The notes: generated by a model from the letters alone, not told the origin. Shown: positions 1 to 8,135, counted from the first letter of the stretch. The stretch is 64,000 nt of DNA from Candidatus Eiseniibacteriota bacterium (GCA_038231135.1 JBBRLX010000002.1:128001-192000), one strand, 5' to 3'. Numbers and translations are program-made.

Positions 1-102
1 GTTCAAGCCGCAATCGTTCCACGACAGGTTGATGCCCGTGGCCGACGCGGCTGCCGCACCCAGCACGAGCATCGCACTCGCGATGAGGAAAATCTTCTTC
101 AT
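1..102 (-). CDS. Secreted Cys-rich protein, paralog of 183..911 and 3625..4359 (N-terminal part only, runs off window edge)
   Basis: Manual translation from ATG at 102: MKKIFLIASAMLVLGAAAASATGINLSWNDCGLN. Signal peptide and GINLSWNDCG as in the 3625 paralog; GGAGG RBS upstream. Confidence 0.85.
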   Translation of the reverse strand, partial: MKKIFLIASAMLVLGAAAASATGINLSWNDCGLN

Positions 103-182
103 GTGAAGCCTCCAGGCTGATTACTGCAAGGGGGACCGAAAATTCCTGTTAACGGTACAGGTTGTCACTCAGCGGTACGAAT

Positions 183-911
183 TTACCGATACAGGCTCTT
201 CACCTGGCCCCAGCTCGAATTGTGAGTCGGGGTCGACAGCGGGCAATTCGGCACTGAACTCGCCTGCCAGGTCACGTAATTCGAATTTCCCGGATTCGTG
301 ATGGAAGGGTCGTTCGCCTGATCGGGCGGCTGGAACAACTGAATCTCATTGAGCACGATGCACATCGGCGTCGAGCATCCCGCGCAGTTGCCGGGAGTGG
401 CGCTCTTCGACCGCTGCAGGTTGACCTTGTACGCATAGTACTCGGTCGACGCGTCCACCGGACCGCGGTTGTCGATCGGCACTGCGCAGGTAACACGCAG
501 GCGCGCCCGGTTCGGACCACCGAACGCGTTGTCATAGGCGAATCCACCGGCCGCCGCGCCGCCGAAGAAATCGACGCACGTGAACGGTCCGCTCGTGAAG
601 TCGAAGGACACGGTCATGCCCGACGTGCCGCGGCACTGACCGGTTCCGTGCGCCCACCAGTCCGGCAGCGACGCCGTGCTGGACGAGATGTCGATCTGCG
701 AATTGAGACCGAGAAACTGATCCACGCCCGCGGGCGGGACAAACGACGCAACCATGGTGAACGGTACACCGCTGTTGGACGCACAATCGAACGTAGCCGA
801 CGGGTTGCCCGCCGCACCACAGTCGGTGAATGCGAGATTGATACCGGCCGCCGAGGCGATTGACACCGAAAGCGCCAGCATCGCGGTAGCGATCACGAAC
901 GTCTTCTTCAT
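183..911 (-). CDS. Secreted Cys-rich beta protein with C-terminal SWGQVKSLYR tail
   Basis: Sec signal peptide (MKKTFVIA...ASA), GGAGG RBS, strong similarity to 3625..4359, ends PTHNSSWGQVKSLYR. Confidence 0.85.
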   Translation of the reverse strand: MKKTFVIATAMLALSVSIASAAGINLAFTDCGAAGNPSATFDCASNSGVPFTMVASFVPPAGVDQFLGLNSQIDISSSTASLPDWWAHGTGQCRGTSGMTVSFDFTSGPFTCVDFFGGAAAGGFAYDNAFGGPNRARLRVTCAVPIDNRGPVDASTEYYAYKVNLQRSKSATPGNCAGCSTPMCIVLNEIQLFQPPDQANDPSITNPGNSNYVTWQASSVPNCPLSTPTHNSSWGQVKSLYR

Positions 912-1050
912 GCTTCCTCCAAGATGCTACTAAGCTACGAAGGGGGAAAGACTCCCTGAGTGATCCGGAAACAGAAACATTGTTGGTCGGCCATCACCAC
1001 CTTTCCACCGAGGATTCATAGGTTGGGCGTTGACGGTTCGTTGCCTCGAA

Positions 1051-1710
1051 TCAGTGGCAGTACGCGGCGCAGCTGTTGATCGATGATGCACCCAGCACGA
1101 CGCCGAGCAGCAGCGACAGATCCGCGGGGTTGATCGAGTTCGTGCAGTTGTAGTCCGAACGGCCACGGTAGGTGCCCGGGAAGTCGAACTGATCCGGCAG
1201 GAACACCGAGATGTCGGCCGGGTTCACACCGCCGGCGCCGTTCTCGTCGAACGCCCCAACGTTGATCGTGCCCAGGTTGACACCATCGGCATACACCGTC
1301 GCGCACTTGAATCCCGCGCCGACCGTGTGCGCAGCCGTGTTACGGGCGCCACCGACGACACGCAGCACGACGCTGCCCGCACCGTCCGACACCGAGCTGA
1401 TGCTGCCGACGGCACCCGAGCAGTCGGCGGAGACGCCGGCGACGGGCTGGACGGAGCACACGCGGATGTCCGCGGAGCATGCGCTGAAGTCGATCACCAC
1501 GGAGCTGCCGGCGATCGGGTTGTGCGCGAGGTCACGCACGGTGATCGTGAACTGACCGTGGGAATCGGCAACGCCGCCGGTGCTGCCGACGAGGTTGAGA
1601 CCGCACGGAACATCGGAATCCGCGGGGCTGGGGACGGAAGCCATCGCGCTCGAGGCTGCCATTACTCCCATGCACCCAAACAGCATGGCCTTGCGAAGCA
1701 GACCAGACAT
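1051..1710 (-). CDS. Secreted protein: Ig-like domain plus C-terminal dockerin-like duplicated Ca-binding repeat
   Basis: ATG 1710 with GGAGGTG RBS; signal peptide ending AMA; FTITVRD..NPIAGSSVVIDF Ig-like strands; repeats DENGAGGVNPADISVF and DYNCTNSINPADLSLL. Confidence 0.75.
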   Translation of the reverse strand: MSGLLRKAMLFGCMGVMAASSAMASVPSPADSDVPCGLNLVGSTGGVADSHGQFTITVRDLAHNPIAGSSVVIDFSACSADIRVCSVQPVAGVSADCSGAVGSISSVSDGAGSVVLRVVGGARNTAAHTVGAGFKCATVYADGVNLGTINVGAFDENGAGGVNPADISVFLPDQFDFPGTYRGRSDYNCTNSINPADLSLLLGVVLGASSINSCAAYCH

Positions 1711-1895
1711 TTTTGCACCTCCAATTACAGTGGGGTCACCCCTGTTGCTAATGACGTACGTATGCAAAAGTTGCGAGCAATCAGGTACGGCTGCGAGCCA
1801 CCTCCTTTCAGGCTCTTCAATTCTCAGATCGTTCGCGACGCCGGGGCGCGGAGCAGCTTAATTACCGCGCTCGCAAGGCGTTCCAAGACAGAAGA

Positions 1896-1925
1896 AGTCT
1901 AGGGTCCGGGTTCGCGCCATGTCAA
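1896..1925 (-). promoter_or_regulatory. Sigma70-type promoter for the secreted-protein cluster
   Basis: TTGACA-N18-TAGACT with an A-tract upstream. Confidence 0.6.
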
Positions 1926-2015
1926 GGATTTTTGCCCTCCCGGGGCGGCGAATTGCGGCAAATTCCGCCGATCCGAGCCTGTCTCTGGCTGATCCGGCCC
2001 TACTGCGTTCCACGG

Positions 2016-2091
2016 TGGTGGGCGAAACAGGGTTCGAACCTGTGACCCCTTGCTTGTAAGGCAAGTGCTCTGCCAGCTGAGCTATTCGCCC
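2016..2091 (-). tRNA. tRNA-Val(TAC)
   Basis: GGGCGAATAGCTCAG...CTTACAA...GGTTCGAACC...TTCGCCCACCA cloverleaf with encoded CCA. Confidence 0.97.
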
Positions 2092-2330
2092 GAATTCCGG
2101 ATTCGTGAACGGATGAGCAGCGAGCTGGGGATCAGGACCACATACCCCAGGACGAGCAGTATGGGGGCGAGGGTGATGGAACCCTTCGCCAGCGACATAT
2201 ACCCGGCCACCAGCACCCCGAGTCCCAGGGCCAGCATGAGGCTGTTACCTGCACCCCAGCTGAACCCGAGGTCGGTCTCGGCCGCGGACCTGCGCTGACT
2301 CCGTGCTTTCACCACTGGCTTGCCGTTCAT
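2082..2330 (-). CDS. Small two-helix membrane protein, DUF3098-like
   Basis: Basic N-terminus, two hydrophobic helices, SITLAPILLVLGYVVLIP motif; AAGGGAG RBS. Confidence 0.7.
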   Translation of the reverse strand: MNGKPVVKARSQRRSAAETDLGFSWGAGNSLMLALGLGVLVAGYMSLAKGSITLAPILLVLGYVVLIPSSLLIRSRIRNSGE

Positions 2331-2341
2331 TGTTCTCCCTT

Positions 2342-2494
2342 GCCCTTCCGGACGAACACGAAATAAGCCGACTGCCTCTGCCCTACGGATCTGGGCGAGG
2401 TCATCGGCTCACGAGGTCCAATCGCGGCTCACGTCGAAACGTGTGTCGGAAGGGCCCTGGCACCGACGACCTCAGCGAAGATCGTTTGTGTGCC
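2342..2494 (-). ncRNA. Candidate structured RNA or cis-regulatory leader, family unidentified
   Basis: Long imperfect hairpin 2342-2455 plus a second hairpin 2459-2494 in intergenic DNA. Confidence 0.35.
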
Positions 2495-2597
2495 GCCGCC
2501 TCCGTGGGGCGCAGACTTAATATCCCCGGAACACGACCGCGGTTCCCGCTTTTCTTGCGCCACACATTAAGGTGTCGAAATGCTCTGGTCCAAGGGT

Positions 2598-3533
2598 TTA
2601 TTTCGCGGGAATCGTGCCGGGAACGTGGGTGGATCGACCCGGTATGCGGCCTGACTCGGCCGCGGGGTCACCGTCGAAATCCATTGCAATATTTAGATTT
2701 CCCGACCTAAACCCTTCGAGGTCCAGCGTCACGTAGCGAAATCCCACAGCCTTGAGTCCATCCACCACCTGCTTCCGCAACGCCGGGTCGAGAAAACGCG
2801 GCAGATCGCACACCGGAACCTCGACCCGGGCAATTTCCTGGTGGAACCGGACCCTGAGCTCCAGGAACCCGGCGTCGCGGAGCACCTGCTCCCCCCGCTC
2901 CACCTGCTGCAGGATCTCGGGCCGGATTTCGACGCCATAGGGAATCCTCGACGCCAGGCAGGGCGATGCCGGCTTGTCCCGGCTGGCGATGTCGTAGAAC
3001 GCCGCCGCGGCGCGGACATCTGCTTTGGTGAATGCCAGTTCGGCGAGCGGAGACATCACCCGGTGCTCGGCCGCCGCACGCCGCCCGGGCCGCCAGTCGG
3101 TCAGGTCGTCCGCGATCGTGCCGTCGAGGATCACCGTACCCGGAAACCGCTCCGCCACCACGACCAATTGACGGTACAACTCGGTCTTGCAGTGATAGCA
3201 GCGATTCGTGGGATTCGAGCGGAAGTTGGGGTCCGACAGCTCACCCGTCGTTACGATCTCGACCCGCGCGCCGAACGACCGGGCCTGCTCGAGCGCCAGC
3301 TCGAGCTCGCGGGCGGCGTAGGAATCGGAGCGGCCGATCACGGCGAGCGCGCGCGCCCCGAGCACCTCGACGGCCACGCGCAGCAGCACGCTCGAATCGA
3401 CGCCGCCCGAGTAGGCGATCACCGCGCCCTCGAGGCCGCCGAGGAACTCCCTGAGCCGCTGCAGACGATCCTGCCAGCTCAGGGGATCGGGACGGAGCAT
3501 GCCGTCGATCTGGATGAACGCGGAAGAGGTCAC
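2598..3533 (-). CDS. larE: ATP-dependent sulfur transferase LarE (NPN cofactor biosynthesis)
   Basis: PP-loop AYSGGVDS, RCYHCK, RPG..A, SPCLASRIPYG, LRVR, DLEGFRSG; start uncertain. Confidence 0.92.
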   Translation of the reverse strand: MTSSAFIQIDGMLRPDPLSWQDRLQRLREFLGGLEGAVIAYSGGVDSSVLLRVAVEVLGARALAVIGRSDSYAARELELALEQARSFGARVEIVTTGELSDPNFRSNPTNRCYHCKTELYRQLVVVAERFPGTVILDGTIADDLTDWRPGRRAAAEHRVMSPLAELAFTKADVRAAAAFYDIASRDKPASPCLASRIPYGVEIRPEILQQVERGEQVLRDAGFLELRVRFHQEIARVEVPVCDLPRFLDPALRKQVVDGLKAVGFRYVTLDLEGFRSGNLNIAMDFDGDPAAESGRIPGRSTHVPGTIPAK

Positions 3534-3561
3534 GGGTCGCGAAGCGTAGCACGGGCGCGGG

Positions 3562-3602
3562 ATAAACACCGAGCGACCGTCCTTTTGGACGGTCGCCCGG
3601 TG
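3562..3602 (-). terminator. Intrinsic terminator after 3625..4359
   Basis: CACCGGGCGACCGTCC-AAAA-GGACGGTCGCTCGGTG stem followed by TTTAT. Confidence 0.7.
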
Positions 3603-3624
3603 GTGGTGCGTGTCGTGTTGGGGC

Positions 3625-4359
3625 TTACCGGTACAGGCTCTTGACCTGTCCCCACGTGCGGCTCTTCGTGGGCGTGCTCAGCACGCAGCCGGCGGGGCCG
3701 TCCACCGGAAGCTGCCAGGTCGCGTAGTTCCGATTGGCCGGACTCGTGATATCGGGATCGTTGTTCTGATCGGGCGGCTGGAATAGCTGGATATCCTGCA
3801 GGACGATGCAGGCGGAGTTTGCGCAGCCGGCGCAGCTACCCGCGCCGGTCGTCTTCGCCCGCAGCAGGCTCACCTTGAACGCGTAGTACTCGGTCGACGC
3901 GTCCACCGGGCCGCGGTTGTCGATCGGCACCGCGCACGTAACCCGCAGACGTCCGCGATTCGGCGTGCCGAAGCCCACGTCATACGCGCTGCCGCCGGCC
4001 GCCGCACCCACGAAGAAATCCGCGCAGGTGAACGGTCCGGCCGTAAAGTCGAAGCTCACCGACATACCGGTCGTGCTACGGCAGAAACCCGTGCCATGCG
4101 CCCACCAATCCGGCAGCGTCGCCTGATCCGTTTTGATGTCCATCTGCGCCGACTCCCCCAGGAACTGGTCGACGCCCGCCGGTGGAATGAACGAACCGAT
4201 CAATATGAACGGAGCGCCGCTGTTCGAATTGCACGCGAACGTCGTGTTCTGCGTGCCGAACGTGCCGCAGTCGTTCCACGACAGATTGATGCCCGCGGCC
4301 GACGCCAGCGAAGCTCCTAGCGTAAGCATCGCGCCCGCAATGATGAGACTCTTGTTCAT
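3625..4359 (-). CDS. Secreted Cys-rich beta protein with C-terminal TWGQVKSLYR tail
   Basis: ATG 4359 with GGAGG RBS; signal peptide; paralog of 183..911. Confidence 0.85.
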   Translation of the reverse strand: MNKSLIIAGAMLTLGASLASAAGINLSWNDCGTFGTQNTTFACNSNSGAPFILIGSFIPPAGVDQFLGESAQMDIKTDQATLPDWWAHGTGFCRSTTGMSVSFDFTAGPFTCADFFVGAAAGGSAYDVGFGTPNRGRLRVTCAVPIDNRGPVDASTEYYAFKVSLLRAKTTGAGSCAGCANSACIVLQDIQLFQPPDQNNDPDITSPANRNYATWQLPVDGPAGCVLSTPTKSRTWGQVKSLYR

Positions 4360-4456
4360 GACCGCCTCCAGGCTGCAGTGGGGGAATGGGGGAACCGCGG
4401 GAACGCCGAGGGGGCCTGCTAACTGCCTACTTGACAACGTCTTCCAAGACGAGCTA

Positions 4457-4485
4457 ATTCTAGGAGTCCACGTTCGTCGGGTCAA
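4457..4485 (-). promoter_or_regulatory. Sigma70-type promoter
   Basis: TTGACC-N17-TAGAAT. Confidence 0.6.
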
Positions 4486-4550
4486 GGAGTTTCAAAGCGA
4501 CCGACCGGGCGGACAGGTTTCCGGCACCGTGGCCCCCTCGAGAACCCGGG

Positions 4551-5720
4551 CTATTTGGAGGACCGGGGGGCGGCCTTGCCGGAATGCGCGACGGATTTCG
4601 CCGACGCGGCGGGCTTCGGCGGCGCCTTCGGGCCGGCCACCTTCCCGGAATCCGCGACGGCGGCGAGCGAATCCGGGATCACCGGCAGCGTGGCGCGCAC
4701 GGTCCGGATGTTCGCGAGGTGCTGCTCGTAGGTCTCCGAGAACATGTGGCGCCCGAGCCCGTTCGCCACGAAGTACAGCTCCTTCGATTCGGGCCCCGGG
4801 TTGATCGCCGCCTCGATGCTCGCCCGCCCCGGATTGCAGATCGGGCCCGGCGGCAGGCCCACGTGCATGTAGGTGTTGTACGGCGAGTCGGCGCGCAGCT
4901 GGCGCAGGTAGATGCGCGACCGCGGCACCATCCCCACCGCGAACGCGACGGTGGGATCCGCCTGCAGCTTCATGCCAAGGGCCAGCCGGTTCAGGTACAC
5001 CCGCGCGATCCGGGGCCGTTCGACCGCCACCTGCGCCTCGCACTCGACGATCGACGCCAGCGTGAGCAGTTGGTGGAGCGACAGCGACAGCGGCAGCGAG
5101 TCGCGGCCGGCGGCCTGATCGAGCAGCAGCGTCTGCGTGCGCTCCGCCATGGTGCGGAACGCCACCTCCGGCGACGTCCCGGGCAGGAACTCGTAGGAAT
5201 CGGGCGCCAGGTAGCCCTCCAGACTGGGCGCGCCGATGCCGAGCGAATCGAGGAACGCGCGATCGTGGCTCAGCGAATCGAACGCCGCCACGCGCACGCC
5301 GAGGTGCGCGGCCAGGCGGTCGCTGACCTCCCGCAGCGTCAGCCCCTCGGGAATCGTGACCAGGTTGAGGCCGCTCATGCCGCGCGAGAACGCCCGCAGC
5401 AGCGCGGGGATCGTGATGCCCAGGTGGAACGAGTACTGGCCCGCCTGGATGCTGCGGTCGAGGTGCATGAACCGCGCGAGCACCTGGAACCCGAGCGTGC
5501 CGTGGATCAGCCCCACGCGCTCGAGCTCGTTCGCGACCTCGTGCAGCGTCTCGCCCTTCTGCACGAGCACCACGCGCCGCTCGCGGTTGGGAAACGGGCC
5601 GGCCGGCAGGAACAGGTGCGCGGCGACCGCCGCGACGAGTGCTAGCAGCAACAGCAACGCCCAGCGTCGCGGCCGGAACGTGCGGCGGCGTCCGGCGCCG
5701 CCGCGCCGCGCAGGGGTCAC
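4551..5720 (-). CDS. mltG: Endolytic transglycosylase MltG (YceG family)
   Basis: N-terminal TM helix, TIPEG, LEGYLAPDSY, LASIVECE, LQADPTV, SPYNTY..GLPPGPICNPG. Confidence 0.95.
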   Translation of the reverse strand: MTPARRGGAGRRRTFRPRRWALLLLLALVAAVAAHLFLPAGPFPNRERRVVLVQKGETLHEVANELERVGLIHGTLGFQVLARFMHLDRSIQAGQYSFHLGITIPALLRAFSRGMSGLNLVTIPEGLTLREVSDRLAAHLGVRVAAFDSLSHDRAFLDSLGIGAPSLEGYLAPDSYEFLPGTSPEVAFRTMAERTQTLLLDQAAGRDSLPLSLSLHQLLTLASIVECEAQVAVERPRIARVYLNRLALGMKLQADPTVAFAVGMVPRSRIYLRQLRADSPYNTYMHVGLPPGPICNPGRASIEAAINPGPESKELYFVANGLGRHMFSETYEQHLANIRTVRATLPVIPDSLAAVADSGKVAGPKAPPKPAASAKSVAHSGKAAPRSSK

Positions 5721-5754
5721 GCGGAGCCGCGCCCGCGGGTCCGGGACGGCAGCG

Positions 5755-6186
5755 TCACGTCGCGTTCCGCCGGCGGGATTCGAGTCGCGACAGGAACGAC
5801 TCCAGCAGCGCGACCGCGGCGCCCTGGTCGATGCGGCCGCGCTCGTGGCCGGTCTTCACCCCCACCTCGCGCAAGCGGCGGGCGCTGAGCGCCGAGGTGA
5901 GGCGCTCGTCGTAGGTCTCGACGGGAATCGTCAGCGCCGCGCCGAGCGCATCGGCGAACGCCTGCGCCGCGTCCGCCGCCGAGCCGCGCGCGCCCGACAT
6001 CAGGAACGGCATGCCGACCACCACATGGCCGGCTTCGATCTCGCGCGCGCGCTTCGCCACCTGGCGGACGGCGTCCGCGGGACCGGTCACTTGGAGCGTC
6101 TCGAGACCGGTCGCGATGATCCCCGCCGGGTCGCTCACCGCGAGGCCGACCCGTTTCTCGCCCCAGTCCACCGCCAGCACCCGCAC
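5755..6186 (-). CDS. ruvX: Holliday junction resolvase-like RuvX/YqgF
   Basis: LAVDWGEKRVGLAVSD, VVGMP, DERLTS, IDQGAA. Confidence 0.95.
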   Translation of the reverse strand: MRVLAVDWGEKRVGLAVSDPAGIIATGLETLQVTGPADAVRQVAKRAREIEAGHVVVGMPFLMSGARGSAADAAQAFADALGAALTIPVETYDERLTSALSARRLREVGVKTGHERGRIDQGAAVALLESFLSRLESRRRNAT

Positions 6187-6189
6187 CGG

Positions 6190-6639
6190 TCAGCCGGCCG
6201 CCTGTGCGGCCGGTCGCAGCTTGACCAGGTGGCACACGGTGCCATTCGGCGAGAACTGGAAATCCACGGAGTCCATGCACGCGCGCATGATGAAGATTCC
6301 CCGGCCGCGGGCATCGAACAGGTGTTCGGGCGTGGTGACATCGGCCTGAACCAGATCGAGCTGGAACCCGGTGCCGCTGTCGTGGACGTCGACTTCGAGC
6401 CGGTCCGGGTAGAGCGAGAACTGGATGTCGACCGGCAGCGAAGGGTTCTTGCGGTGACCGTGCTGGATCGCGTTCGTGCCGGCCTCGATCACGGACATCG
6501 TGACCTGCGACGCGGTGTCGACGTCGAACTTCATGCGATCGCACAGCGCGGTCGCGACCGAATCGAGCACGGACAGCAGGTCGAGACGGCTCGGGATCCG
6601 CATGCTGATGACTTCCGGCTGCGTTGGGGTATTGGGCAT
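6190..6639 (-). CDS. Anti-sigma factor / RsbW-like HATPase kinase
   Basis: EAGTNAIQHG (N box), DSGTGF (G1), RGRGIFIMRACMD (G2). Confidence 0.88.
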   Translation of the reverse strand: MPNTPTQPEVISMRIPSRLDLLSVLDSVATALCDRMKFDVDTASQVTMSVIEAGTNAIQHGHRKNPSLPVDIQFSLYPDRLEVDVHDSGTGFQLDLVQADVTTPEHLFDARGRGIFIMRACMDSVDFQFSPNGTVCHLVKLRPAAQAAG

Positions 6640-6661
6640 GTGGGCTCAGGGTCGGGATGCC

Positions 6662-7648
6662 TTAGGACCGCGGCGAACTTCGGGATCGTAGCAATTCCAG
6701 CGCCCGTGAGAAGTCATCGGGCACGGGCCGGACGAAGCGGAGGTCCTCACCGGTCACCGGGTGTGAAAACCCCAACTCGGACGCGTGCAGTGCCTGGCGC
6801 CGCATGCAGTCGAGCAGTGCCGCTGCGAGGCTACGCTGGCTGTCGGCAAGCCTCAACTGCTTTTTGCCGCGTCCGCCATAGGTGGGGTCCCCCAGAACCG
6901 CGTATCCCAGGTGCTCCAGATGGACGCGGATCTGATGGGTCCGGCCGGTGTCGAGCCGCACTTCGAGCAGCGTGGCGATGCCGAATCGCTCGGTGACCCG
7001 CCAGTGGGTGCGCGCCGGCTTGCCCCCGCGGAGGACCACCGCCATCCGCCGGCGCTCCCGGGGATCGCGTCCGAACGCGGTCTCGATCACGCCCTCTGTG
7101 GCGTGCGGATCCCCCCAGACCAGCGCCTGGTAGACGCGCGACACGGTGCGCGCCTGGATCGCCTCGACCAGTCCGCGCCACGCCCGGTCGTGCTTCGCCA
7201 CCACCATCAGCCCCGAGGTGTCCTTGTCGAGCCGATGGACGATCCCGGGGCGCCCGGGCCCGCCCACGCCGGCCAGGCCCGGCGCGTGATGGAGCAGGCC
7301 GTGCACGAGCGTGCCCCGCGGCACACCGGCGCCGGGGTGGACGACGAGGCCTGCCGGCTTGTTCAGCACCAGCAACCAGTCGTCCTCGAACACGATGTCG
7401 AGCGCGATCGGTTCCGGCGCGAGGCCGGCGTCGAGCTCACGCGCCGGCAGCTCGACCTCGAGCGCATCGCCGGGACTCAGCCGCTGGGACGGCCGGCCGG
7501 GCCGGCCATTCACGCGCACGCTGCCGCCGCGGATCAGCTGCTGGAGCCGGCTACGGGAGAGGTCCGTCTGTGCCGTCGCCAGGTAGCGGTCCAGCCGCTC
7601 CCCCCGTGCCTGCTCCGGCACCGACAGTCGCAAGATCGGGATCTGCAT
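6662..7648 (-). CDS. rluD: RluA-family pseudouridine synthase with S4 domain (RluD)
   Basis: RLDRYLA S4 domain, NKPAGLVVHP, HRLDKDTSG, TGRTHQIRVH, QALHA. Confidence 0.95.
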   Translation of the reverse strand: MQIPILRLSVPEQARGERLDRYLATAQTDLSRSRLQQLIRGGSVRVNGRPGRPSQRLSPGDALEVELPARELDAGLAPEPIALDIVFEDDWLLVLNKPAGLVVHPGAGVPRGTLVHGLLHHAPGLAGVGGPGRPGIVHRLDKDTSGLMVVAKHDRAWRGLVEAIQARTVSRVYQALVWGDPHATEGVIETAFGRDPRERRRMAVVLRGGKPARTHWRVTERFGIATLLEVRLDTGRTHQIRVHLEHLGYAVLGDPTYGGRGKKQLRLADSQRSLAAALLDCMRRQALHASELGFSHPVTGEDLRFVRPVPDDFSRALELLRSRSSPRS

Positions 7649-8135
7649 GGTCGGCCTGTCTGGGAGCATCACCCATCGCGACGTATTCGCGCCGCGTCCA
7701 GGACCACGCGAACAGCGCGACCCCGACCGACACCGCCGTGTCGGCGACGTTGAACACCGGAAAGCGGCCCCACAGGATCTGGATGAAGTCGACGACGTCG
7801 CCGGTCTTCAAGCGGTCCACGAGGTTGCCGAGCGCGCCGCCGAGGATCAGCGCGAGCGCGAGCTGGCGCAGCACGCCGTGCACGTGGCCGCGCACGAACA
7901 TCAGCACGATCACCGCCGCCGCGGCGATCGAGAACAGGTAGTACGGGAACCCGGTGCCGGCGCCGAGACCGAACGCCACGCCCGAATTGCGCGTATAGGT
8001 GAGCTGCAGGAACTCGCCGATCAGGCGCACCGGGGGCTGCAGCGCCAGGTGCAGGGTGGCCCAATGCTTCGACCACTGATCGAGTCCGACGATGGCGAAC
8101 GCCACGCCGAACAGCAGCGTCAGTCCACGGCTCAT
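7551..8135 (-). CDS. lspA: Lipoprotein signal peptidase II
   Basis: DQWSK, NSGVAFG, GGALGNLVDR, VVDFI, FNVAD. Confidence 0.95.
   Translation of the reverse strand: MSRGLTLLFGVAFAIVGLDQWSKHWATLHLALQPPVRLIGEFLQLTYTRNSGVAFGLGAGTGFPYYLFSIAAAAVIVLMFVRGHVHGVLRQLALALILGGALGNLVDRLKTGDVVDFIQILWGRFPVFNVADTAVSVGVALFAWSWTRREYVAMGDAPRQADHADPDLATVGAGAGTGGAAGPLPGDGTDGPLP

Noticed and set aside
2336..2356. GTCCGGAAGG resembling the SRP RNA loop
   Set aside because: Lacks the flanking CAGG and AGCAG of the SRP internal loop
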